This document shows positions 1 through 11,200 of a stretch of 34,048 bases of DNA, piece by piece; position 1 is the stretch's first letter; each line of letters begins with the position of its first letter. Source of the DNA: Blastocystis sp. subtype 4 (taxonomy: Eukaryota); contig NW_014569455.1 of assembly GCF_000743755.1 (NCBI RefSeq), positions 1 through 34,048 of the forward strand, in the 5' to 3' direction. The notes below the pieces were generated by a model that saw only the letters and a program-made list of their open reading frames with translations, was not told the DNA's origin and did not search any database. Made by a program: the position numbers and the translations under genes.

Positions 1-364
1 TTGTTTGTAGCCCTTCCAGTCCTTCCTCTTCCTATCACTCCGTTGTTTGGTGAATCATCTTCTTATGGAATATTGGATGATCCAATGAAAACTCAAGTGG
101 CAGTTGATGAGTCAACTTCAAACAAGGAATTGGCTTCTCTTCGAGAGCCAGATTGTTTATGGGGATCAGTAAATCCCGAATCAGGTAGTTTGATTAGGAT
201 ACATATGATCTCTAGCTCTCTTCAACTCCTCTCCTACTCATATTTTGCGAGTAGAATTGAGACTATTACATTATGAATAGCCCAAATTCGCTACGTGTAC
301 TTCCTCCAAACGACAAATGTCGATTGAACCACCTCTCGCTTTCAAGAACAAGAAGTCATTTTAG
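1..364 (+). CDS. 3' part of an unknown protein gene (partial, spliced)
   Basis: Open frame from the window edge. Removing two ~30-nt GT-AG introns (185-215 and ~251-280) continues it to ...PPLAFKNKKSF TAG (362-364), followed 4 nt later by TGTTTCAT. No recognisable domain. Confidence 0.5.
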
Positions 365-410
365 CAACTGTTTCATCAACAAACACCACCATAACTAGAA
401 CAAACACATG

Positions 411-3060
411 CTATTCCATCTCAATCAACTTATCCCGAAGTGCTGCCGCCTTATCAGAAGAATATCTGATTTCTGCAAGTTCTTTGTTCATCATCTTCTT
501 AGTTTCCTCATAATTTGCCACCTTCTTAAACTACACTTAAATTCTCGTGATATATCTACTTCCTTCATATATTTCTGAATCAACTGATCTAGAATTGACA
601 GACTGTAATTGTTATTAGGAGATCGAAGACATGTATCATAAATGAACACCAAACACTATTCTTAAATACTCTACACACTTCTTACACTTAGTAAATCAAT
701 ATAATCAGTACTATCAGTACTTCGTAATAAAAGTGAATCAAGAATTGTCCAATAATAATAACTATTTTGAAAATGACAAAAATCAGGTACATTGCAGGAT
801 TAGAAACTGTTAACTTCAAAAATCGAATGAAATCTTTCAACGTAACAATTCCCAGATCAATCACTTCTTTTACCAGTAAATATGAAACCTAGTTGTGAAA
901 ATGAATTCAGATGTTCAACTTGATATCCGTAACAAGCATTACGAAAGATTTCTTCAATTACCATCACTGCTCTTCCAATCACTAATAAACTAAGAACAGC
1001 TCGTTGTCTATCCATCAAATCCATAACCAGTTCTCACTTGCGAAGATTCTCACAGATTTTGGTAACAGTTTTCTCACGCAGACAATAGCTTAAGACAATG
1101 CTCAGTTCCGTATTAAAGGGTCCTCGTCCTCCGTATCGTTCTGCCAACAATTTCTCCATACTAGTCACAGGATTCTTTGCATTTGTCACCATACTCTCCA
1201 CCAACTCCGTTAACTCACTATCTACACATCACTCACTACATCAGATCTTGCCTTGATCACGTACAGGCTGTGTTGGATTGAATAAACCAACCTCGACCAA
1301 CTTAACAATAGATTCAGGAATCTGATTCTCAACAACTGACTTACCACTGATTGTACACGATGCCATGATGAATTGAGAAATAAGAAGACGATAAGGAGAA
1401 GCTGACGAATACTGATCTACTCCTTCCCTTTGTATAATGAAATGACAAAAATAAGTACCATTTTGTCCATGGCCAGAAATAGTTGATATTTGAGATATAC
1501 AGAGCGAACCATTGAATAAAAGCAACAGAAGCATTTACAGAGAGAGATTCTCCCTTAAAACACAGAGTGTCCACATACTTGAAAACAGCAGGAGAATAAC
1601 GTTGCAAAAATAGTGGCGATTTTGGACTTCCTGCAGTATTGATTGAAGCAGCTGTAAGATCAAGAATGATATTCTGAGCTTGAAGTTGAACCTGATTGGG
1701 GAGATGATAATCGAGAACATAAGTAAATAGAACTTGATTGACAATTGTTACGAGATTATTTGCAAGTGTCTTGTTATCGATTTCATGCAATGCTGAAACC
1801 AATTGCGGGAGATGTTGCAGGAATCGCGAACCATACGACCAAGAAGGTATAAACGAACGAATGAGATTCTACGGAAAATGAAACTTACATAGGCTTATCA
1901 TACTTCAACATATTCCAAAATAACGAGGTACTGAAATCGAGGCAATAATGTGAATGAAACTCCCACATTAGCATCAAGAATCTCACTAAAGAAGTTATAA
2001 GGGAACGATGTACAGTGATCCTGAAAAGTCATGAAAATCAAGAATCACTATACATGTGGCCAATCTATCATCACACGCATTTCTCCACTTTCTCGATAGA
2101 TTTCGAGCAATTGGCTTCTAAGAGAATTCGTCTCTGGTTTTCCTTCCGAAACTACTTCGCCATCAATTTGTGTCCGTTGTTTCTGCACCTCGATAACAAC
2201 GCGTAGCACTGCAGAATAGTTGAAATCGAGAGTTTGGAGCTTCTGAAGTTCCGAAGGGTTGGTGGAGGCTTCACGGAGAATGTGTGTGATCTCCTGAAGA
2301 GCATTATCAAGATGAAGGTTGAAGTCATTATTGACTGTAGGTGACTGTACTGAATAGAAAAGAAAAGGACTACGTGAAGATAACCCTGATTGGCCAATGT
2401 ATTTTGATAACACTCTGAAGATTTGTATGTGGTCTGGAGATATGTATGAATTTGATCACAGGCAGCGATATACTCGGAAAGAGGTAACGGACTCTGATGA
2501 GAGGATTCAAATGGATGAATGTATAGAAGATTTGACAGGAGCATACGAATGAGAATAGGATTATTCGTCTCTTGGATCGTTGAAAGAAGAGATGTGATAG
2601 AGGCTGAAATGGATTCTTTCTTAACTGTTCCAAGAAGGGAGAGAAGGAGGAAGAAACGATACTACTCATTAAACAAGAGATGAAGGAAGACTCGAAGAAT
2701 GGATCCCATAACATCTCCCTCTCGAATGCCTAATACCAATGAGTGTTGAAGTGTTGTCAGAATATCTGAGACAAAACCACTTCGTGTTCCATTTAGCATA
2801 CTAATCAGTATACTGTATAAAGGTGTCTTGGTAGCTTGTTGAGAAACACTATATATCAAATAATTCAAGAGAGGTAACTATGAATCGAAGAAAGACAGTA
2901 AATCCATCAGATCACCTTCACCAGATGGAAGACTCTCTATGAATTAAATAAACACAAAAAACCAACCCAACACATCGATCAACTCTCGGAATATGAATAC
3001 AACATCGGTAGCCTCTGCAGAATCTCCTAGTTCAACTAATCTCTTCTTGATTCCTGTCAT
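411..3060 (-). CDS. NCBP1: Nuclear cap-binding protein subunit 1 (CBP80), multi-exon; start approximate
   Basis: Exon peptides QQATKTPLYSILISMLN and FIQWFALYISNINYFWPWTKW resemble CBP80 MIF4G-like motifs (e.g. WFSHHLSNFQFRWSW). The last exon ends ...DKLIEME TAG (413-411), then 4 nt, then TGTTTGTT. Confidence 0.8.
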
Positions 3061-3241
3061 CTATACATGGTTACAATACTCTCCATCAATGGCATTATAG
3101 ATGAAATAAACCATTTCATTCAATAAATAATTTTCAACCATTTGTGATCCATCACCTACGTTTCAAGAGATATGAGAATCACTGAGAAAACAGACAATCA
3201 ATACTTCCCACGGGAATTAAACAAACAGCCTTTCAAACATC

Positions 3242-4175
3242 TTAGTACAAATTCGTTGGTTTGAAATGGGAACTATCTGTAGTATTGTATGTGTGACCGT
3301 TACTGAGGAGCTGGTAGACTGTTGATCTGAGTGTCAAGTTTCGTTACCACACCTACATGGTCTCTTTATCGGTCATTCCCATCTTTCTGGTATTTTGGAG
3401 GATAATTTGCATGCTGACACCTTCTGAGGAGGACAGACCATACTGTTGAATAACATGAAGGACCTTTTGTTGTGTATCGTTGAGAGTAATATCTCCCCAG
3501 AAAGGATCGTCGCTAACTGGTTCGGGTTGTTTTACAGGTTGAGAGGGTTTCATTGGCTGGTTTACAGATGATACAGGTGCGATAACTCTGCGTTGTTGAT
3601 GAGGAAGGTTAATGATCGGATCAGCTCTCGAATAGTACTGTAGAGTGTGGATTGTTTCTAGCCAGTGAAGTGTGACCTCATCGAATGAATGAATGACTTC
3701 AATATTCTGAACAGAAATGGCTATCGCCTCTCTGTATGGCTTTGCAGAACCGACAACTCTCACATACTCTCCTATTCGTCCAATACTAGCTGTTGGTGTC
3801 GATAAAAGGATCCATTGTCGAGCAGCGATGGAACCAGTACCATCATGAATAGTATATAGTTGACAGGTTCCCTTAGTTTCCATGGATATTATATGTCCAA
3901 CGACACACACGACTGCGGTGATGCTTGTGTCAAAGAAGAGGAGTTGGTTGTCTTCAGTTTTCTTGGCATGGAGAATCTGCCCAATAGACACATTTAGAAG
4001 GCAGGGCCGTTTTGCAGGTGCCTAGTTGTAACTGTAGATACGTATATCAACTATAACCTCTTCCTCGATCCTTGGAGGATCGATCGATCCCACAGGAACA
4101 TCTGTATAAAATGTTGGATTAGCAAAGCTGTAGTCTAGATAATACAATGCACAAATAATTACCCGAATATTGCAT
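3242..4175 (-). CDS. RPA2: Replication protein A 32 kDa subunit
   Basis: OB-fold motifs YTIHDGTGSI, GEYVRVVG and FDEVTLHWLE, plus a winged-helix end (LLSNGHTYNTTDSSHFK). ATG at 4175, three short introns, TAA at 3244-3242. Confidence 0.9.
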
Positions 4176-4301
4176 GATACTGTAAATGAATGACTTGGAG
4201 GGAAAGACCAAACTCATCTTCACTTTCATCACAAAACCACTTGTACTTCGAATATATCATTAGCGCCACTAATTCTATGTTCATATTAGTCTTCAAAGAG
4301 A

Positions 4302-7300
4302 ATGGATCCTCTCTCTCTTTTACCAATAGCAACTGTATGGGTTGGTCAAACAGAATTCATTTAAAGGAGTCGATTCGTCAGTCTCTTCTCGAAGGAAACT
4401 CAGTATCTACATTGATAAGTACCCTTAAGGAGTGGAGGGATCCGAAGTTATGTAATTGTGTTATTTTGATGATGAGAAAGCAGATACCAATCCAGAACTA
4501 CCGCTTGGAGAATATATTAATTCAACAATTTCTCTGGCATTTCAGATAGTTGGTCATGATATTCATAAGGATGCCTATGAAAGACAAGTGGATATCGGTA
4601 CTACGGCTTTTCCACAGTTGATTCGCAACATTATTTCCTGTTGTCGTGAAGGAGTGGTTAATCCTATCGTGCCTTTGTTGGTCTTTAGTAATTGCTTTGA
4701 AACGACACCCATTAGTGACTGTGAACAGCTATGGAAAGTGTTTATCTCCTTCCGGAAAGACTTTTCATCTCCACTTTTCATTTCCAAGACGCAAGCTAAT
4801 ACAAACCTCAGCATTCTAGCAATTGTGAATTCTCTTTTAAAGCGGGCTTCTAGAATGCGTTACAGTTCATTTCGTGGTGATTTAATGATGTAAGAGTTAT
4901 AGTCCACTGTAATGGCTAGGTTTTTGTCCAATGTGTTTCCATTTGAAGAGCGTAGTGGACTAAATGTGTCAAATCGATATAACATCCACACCCCTCCAAA
5001 AATGGAATCACAAGATACAATCAGGAAAGCAATTATGGAGTCTCAGTATTAGTATATGTGATAATAATCATGTAGAAAATCTGATAAACACATATCTGTT
5101 GGATTTTATACCAAATTCTGGAAATTGCATTCAATTCTTTGTAATCGTGATTACGTGGTAAAATCGATTGACAAATGGCCAGAAGTGAAGGATTTGATAT
5201 CTTCGGTTCTAACAAGTCTCAGTGAAGTGAATGAGTTAGGTCGAAGTGAAGAGAAGGACAAAGTGGAACTAGGAGGTGAACAGCTGTATGTAACATTAGA
5301 GCCAGTGGAGAATGAGGGTAAGAATGATTCATACAGATACTGAATAGAAAAGTTTTCCACTCTTCCAATCTATTATCCAAACGCTTCTCATTTCCTTCTT
5401 CAACTTAATGATGTGATTTCACGACGAAGTTATCTTCTTCAAATATATTCGTATTTGACAAATATCTTGACTATTTCTGGCATTTCATCAACCATTCAAA
5501 CTGAAGTGCATACGCTTCAGAATCAACTCTTAGACCAATTAACAAAGAGTCCTCGAGGTGATCAATTCGTTCAGTATGTGAAGAACCATCATTCACGAGA
5601 GCAAGTGTGGTTAGAATGGAAAGAGAAGAAAATGCCTCCAATGACTCAAACCCATGATCAGGAGACTCATCATTCTTATGTCTGCAATACATCGACTCGA
5701 AGTGAACAGGATATGAGATTACTGTGTTGTGATGTCTCTGGAGAGACACTTCATAGGATTGATCCGGATTTGAAGTATATGGAGTATGATCCAACTCCCT
5801 ATGATTCACAACAGAAATGCTTAGGAGCCACTCCTCCTTTGGAGACATATGAACAATCCTTAATGCAAGCCCTTGATCCAGAGAATGGAGTGGAAGAAGA
5901 ATTACGTCCTTATCATGATTCTGTAAGAATTGAAGGATAAGTTGATATGGTAGATGTACACGTGGAAATTGTTGCGATTAATATTATTCCAGAAAACAGG
6001 ACAATTTTGTGAAATCCAAAAAGAGAAGCCATTATCAAATGTGATGGAGATATACTGTCAGATGAAGCATATTGGTAGGAGAGAGTGATTGAATGTGATG
6101 GGTAGGAGTACCTGAAGAAGCGAAAAGTGTGGAGTTGGGCTTGGGAGAAATGAGACAGCTTGTGAAAGAGAAGAAGAGAAAGGAGACTGTGAGAGAACAG
6201 GAGAAGGAGAGAGAGAAAGAGAGAGAAGAGATGAAAGAGAAGGAAGAAGAGAAGAAGGAAGAGACAAAGGAGAAGGAGAAGGGAGAGGTGGAGAAGGAGG
6301 AGAAGAGAGAAGAAGTGAAGAAGGAAGAGACGGAAAAGGAGAGAAAGGAGGAGAAGAACGAGAAGGAGAAGGCAGAGGCAGAGAAGGAGAAGGAGAAGAA
6401 GGAGGTGAAGAAGGAGGAAGTGAAAGATGAATCGAAGAAAGATGCCAAGGAGACTAAGATGGAAGAAGTTAAACCAGAATCTAAAGCATCTTCAACGGTT
6501 CTGTCTGCACTCCAAGAAGAGACTGAAGAAGGAGCAGTTGAGGATCCTACTCTTCAGCAACGAAAAGAGCGAGCACTGCGTCGAATGGAAGAAGCTGCCA
6601 AACGTGAGGCAGAAGAACATGATACACAGAAACGTTCTCACGAGATAACTGAATCAAACCGTGAAAATGATGTGAAGAAGAGAAAGACGAATGACAATGC
6701 AACGCCTCGTCGAGAGTCGAGGAATCGCAGAAGTAACAGTCGAAATGATCGTGGAGAAGAACCCAGTAGGAGTACTCATGGTGAACGAGATCGAAGTAAC
6801 AGAGGTTATAATGAACGTAGTCGAAGTCACAGTGAGAGAGAACATGGTGAACGGAGTCATAGTGAACGTAGACATGACAGAGATAGAAGTGAGAAGAGTC
6901 GGAGTGAACACAGAGAACATGCGCGTGATGAGAGAGCTCCAAGCGAGAGAGGACAGAATGAGAGGGAACGTAATGAGAGAGCTCCAAGCGAGAGAGGACA
7001 GAATAGCCGAAGTCAGAGTGAGAGGGAACGTAATGAGAGAGGACAAAGTGAGAGGGGACAGAGTGAACGAGGACAAAGTGAGAAGGAACGTAATGAGAGA
7101 GGACAAAGTGAGATAGCTCCAAGTGAAAAAAGACAGAATAATCGAATTCAGAGTGAGAGGGGACAGAGTGAACGAGGTCAAAGTCAGAGAGAGCATAATG
7201 AGAAAGGTCAGGGTGAGAGGGGTCAAAGTGAGAAAGGACAGAATGATCGAAGTCGCTCTGAGAATATTCAGTCTGAATCGAATTCATCTCGTAAACAGCT

Positions 7301-7827
7301 GGAGAGGAATCATACAGATCGTTCTCCAACTGATCACGCGAGTTCTAGCTCTGTTGAACCCACGAAACCCAGTGACTCAAACAAACCTACTGAACCCACT
7401 AAGCCCATCGAACTCAATAAACCTGCTAATTCAAGCAGACCAAATGAACCACCCAAGTCCTCTGTTCCCACAGATCATGCTCAAAGTACTCACTCTGATC
7501 AACCAGGTCGAAAATCAGAGACCATACCCCCCAAGCCTGTTGAGCCTGAACGTTCTTCAGCAAAGCGAGAAGAACCTTCAGCTCAACGAAGTGGAGTGAA
7601 GCGAGTGAAACAAGAAGCAGACTCTAAACTGCGACCTGAAGCTACTCCTTTCACCCCTGAAGAGAAGAAGGAAGGAAATGATCAGCCTAATGGGAATCGG
7701 AACAATCGATTGACTGAAGTTCGAATTCAGATGCCTGGAAATCGTCAACGTTTCACCAGGAACATATCACAAGGAAAGTACTCAAATCGTGGATCCCAGC
7801 CGAATCGTCGTAATGGTTCTCGTCGTT
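4302..7827 (+). CDS. THOC1: THO complex subunit 1 (Hpr1) with a long low-complexity C-terminal extension; stop predicted to be completed by polyadenylation
   Basis: SLLKRASRMRYSSFRGDLMMFLSNVFPFEERSGLN matches the THOC1 signature. Also LQLNDVISRR, REQVWLEWK and YTWKLLRL. An intron ending at 6105 joins the core in frame to ORF 6129+. T7827 is codon position 1, 4 nt before TCTTTGTT. Confidence 0.85.
6930..7250 (+). repeat. Coding 15-bp minisatellite (ERGQS/ERERN/ERAPS pentapeptides) in the THOC1 tail
   Basis: Degenerate tandem 15-mers such as gagagagctccaagc, gagagaggacagaat, gagagggaacgtaat and gagaggggacagagt. Confidence 0.85.
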
Positions 7828-7831
7828 ATCG

Positions 7832-7850
7832 TCTTTGTTCCAAACAAACA
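7832..7850. terminator. Back-to-back GU-rich polyadenylation elements of THOC1 and PP1
   Basis: TCTTTGTT (+, 7832-7839) and AACAAACA (TGTTTGTT on -, 7843-7850). Confidence 0.8.
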
Positions 7851-7854
7851 GATC

Positions 7855-8900
7855 TTATTCAAAATCCTCCCACTCAATCTCATCATACTCCTCATCAAAC
7901 ATCCCAGGACTCACAGAATACTTTGGAAGTACTTCAACAGGTTTCAATACATCTAGTGAACACACCATATCTACACTAATAGATAGAATGGCCCCAGCAT
8001 TATCCAATTCACCCGCATAATTTGGTGCCGAAAAAATGGTCAGCATCCCCATATCTGCAAAGAATTCATATCCGTCATCAACCACTTGATGAGCCCGACA
8101 AATCAAATCTAAGTCGAACTTCTCCAAGAAGTCTTTCACTACAGCTTCTGAAAACGTATACGAAATACCTCGCTCGTTTGGCTCCCAAGGTTGTTCCTGA
8201 TCACGTTTTGGATCTGACCATAACAAATCACAGACCAATCCTTCATCAGGAACTTCACACGGTCGTTCTACTTCAGCAATATCCTCCAGAGATGTGATAT
8301 GAGGAGATAAGCCACCATGCATACAGAGAACTCTCGTCCCAACCACAGCACAAATCGGAAGACATTTAAAACATTCAGAGAAACGATAATACAGAAAGAG
8401 ACTGTAACGGCGTGTACATTCATCACAGAAGCCATAAAGCTGATTCATGGCATCTGTTTCGTGATTTCCGCGGAGAAGAAAGATGCGATCTGGATACTTC
8501 ACTTTGTAGGCAAAGAGAAGACAGAGAATTTCGATACTATTTGAACCCCGATCCACATAATCCCTAATATTAATGTCAAAATATACTAGAACCCCATAAA
8601 GAGATAACTTGCTTCTGATGGATATCCGCTGTGTTCAAATATCCGCAATAGATCATAAAACTGCCCATGGACATCACCTAGACCTCAATTTCAATTATCG
8701 TTTGTACCACAAATCTTGATTGGTACAGGTAATTCCAGTAACATTGGCTGGCTCATAAATATACGTGTTGCTTCATCAATTAATAATGAAATTTGTTCTT
8801 CTGGTAAGTCTATTTCAGTATTTGGTTCCAAATACCGGGCTTCTAGCAATTTATCAATTATTAGGTCCACATCTAGTTGATTGCTTTGTAATAGTGTCAT
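7855..8900 (-). CDS. PP1: Serine/threonine protein phosphatase PP1 catalytic subunit
   Basis: GDVHGQ, GDYVDRG, LRGNHE, HGGLSP, DLLWSDP, RAHQVV and SAPNY motifs; two short introns; TAA, then 4 nt, then TGTTTGTT. Confidence 0.95.
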
Positions 8901-9190
8901 CGTTGGATAGATCAATCTACATACTTATAAGAATTGCACAACTCGTACTTATATTATAAAAGAACACAGAAAGAGAACGTTTAGGACGTTCTACACTAAA
9001 TAGCGTAAATAAAAATGAATATAGAAGAAAAATGTGAATGACAGAAAAACGAAGCACTTCATTCATCGACAAAGCTAAGAATACTCCGATTTTCTAAATT
9101 CCGCAAACTATCTATATTTCGATGCCTCTTTCTCGGCTAATTAGGTCAAAGAACACTATCACGAAATCCACATCAATTTGGAGATTTGAT

Positions 9191-11105
9191 ATGAATACAC
9201 AGAAAACTTTCCTTCCAGAGGGGGTTAAGTGCTCCTTCTTGTACAATCGTACTTTGGGTACTGGAGAGATGGAATTTTTAATGCATAGATATTACAGATG
9301 AGCAAGCTCATGATGCAGATCATGCTGAGAAGATCCTGTTCTACATACCAAATGATACTCTTGTCGAGGAACAAGTTCGTGACGTGAATTTAGCAGATGC
9401 ACTAATCGAATTTTCATCTTCTTTTGATACAGGGTCGGTACTTCGAACTGTAACGAGTGATAAGTACACGTATTGTGTTATTTTTATTGGATTCCGGTTA
9501 GACATCACTTTTGCAAATGGGAGGATGATACCTGGTTCTGTATGGTGTTGGATCGGACTGCATACATAGATGTACTTTTTTCTATTGTATCTAATGTAGT
9601 CAAAACATGTTTCACATTCTTCTTCATTTTCCACGAATATTGTATTAGATGTAATGGAAGGTTTGTATAAAGTGTATCGGATGTTTTACAATGCAATTGA
9701 GCCATCCATATACAGTAGTTTGCTATGTTGATTGATGATTCTTAGAGAAGAATGAAGAGGGCGAGATAATTGCTAAGGAACTGATCCGACAACGTGTAAA
9801 ACTGCACAAAGCAAAGTATATTGAGGAGTGTGTGAAGAATGGAGAGATGCAAGAAAGTGAGGAGAACAAACAGTATATTGATGGCATCTCCACCTACGAA
9901 GAACGTATCAAGCAACTAGAAAGCATGTCTGAATTACCCATAATTCGTCAACAATTATTCAAGGTGTTGCGAAAGTACTTATTGTATTACTGTTGGACTC
10001 AACTTCACTTTCTTTACGTATTTATACATAGATAGGATAATGGATAGTCGATGGATGGATTTTTGGAGTTTCCTGTTGATCAATCTCTCTCAATTGATAT
10101 TCACACGATGATGTCCCAATTATCAATTCAACTTCCTTTCATTCAGTACTCTTGTCTAATGTTTGATAATTACTTTGTTGTTGATCTTGTTTGTCTTTAT
10201 TGTAGATTTGGAGTGATATGAGTGTTGAGAATCAGATTCTTATCAACCGTTTTTGTACGAGTAATCGAGGTATTGATTGATGTATTCTTTCATGTAGATT
10301 TGTCTCCAATTGAAAACGACCGATTTAGGTTGATCATGAACACAGTTCCGGATTATCATTGAATTGATGTATAGGAAGGAGAAATAGAAACAGTAGTAAA
10401 TCTAAATGTTCCAAATGAAGAAAATCAAATCACTTTAACTCCATTCAAATTGATTCGCGTGCGAGTGAGTGTAAGTGAAACGTATTATTCATAGACTGGA
10501 TACTGTGTATTTTTGTTCCTTCTTTCCAATGACTTTGATACCAGTTCTGACATCTTCTTGAATGATATTGTTCGTTTGGTCGGTAATAAGATTCAGGCAA
10601 TTAACCTAGAATTGATCAAGAAGCGACGAACGCTGTAGGAATGGGTGTGGATAGTTCATTCCAGAATTCATCTGAATGACAGTAGTTTCATGTTTTTCAA
10701 TCATGATGAACTTACGCATGGTTTGCAGACAAATGCAAGTAATCAATGGATAGAAGGAGTTGATGTTGATTCTTGTTATGACTACTAGAGACCAGCTATT
10801 TCTCTAGTTTCTCCCAGCTTTATGATGCGTAATATTCCAACATTCCTGGTCTTCCCTTTGAACAATGTGTACATGAAGTTGAAGACGACTTCTAGCTTCA
10901 TTGAAGTAACAGAAAAGATCTGTGATACTTATTGGCTGTATGGTTGCAAGCAGAAGGAACATATTCTCTTGATGATGATTAAAACCCCTCAAATAATGAC
11001 AGTTGAAGAAATTTTGAGTATTATAGCTTGTCTCTATGTTGATTTCTAGGTGCTGTGCATCGTATGGTTGACGAGAAGTTCGGAACGGCATTTACTCTAA
11101 TTTGA
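9191..11105 (+). CDS. CCZ1: Vacuolar fusion protein CCZ1 (Mon1-Ccz1 Rab7 GEF subunit)
   Basis: Spliced N-terminus SFLYNRTL...EKILFYIPNDTLVEEQVRDVNLADALIEFSSSF...KWEDDTWFCMV matches the CCZ1 longin domain. TGA at 11103-11105; TGTTTGTT at 11123. Confidence 0.85.
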
Positions 11106-11200
11106 ACATATGATTTTTGTTGTGTTTGTTAAAGCATTGTGATGTTTTTCATTTCTTATTCAGTTTTGAAACTGTTTTCTTCTATCTAGAGTCCTAAGAT

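Noticed and set aside
6930..7250. Regular repeats as a possible CRISPR-like array
   Set aside because: In-frame coding minisatellite without unique spacers, in a eukaryotic gene.
6035..7599. Several long alternative-frame and antisense ORFs (F/S-rich, H/S-rich)
   Set aside because: Shadows of the purine-rich, repetitive THOC1 tail.
411..7827. CBP80 and THOC1 proximity as an mRNA-export gene cluster
   Set aside because: They are separated by RPA2 and there is no evidence beyond chance adjacency.
7855..7979. Apparent overlapping antisense coding of THOC1 and PP1
   Set aside because: Better explained by a poly(A)-created stop at 7827, so there is no true overlap.
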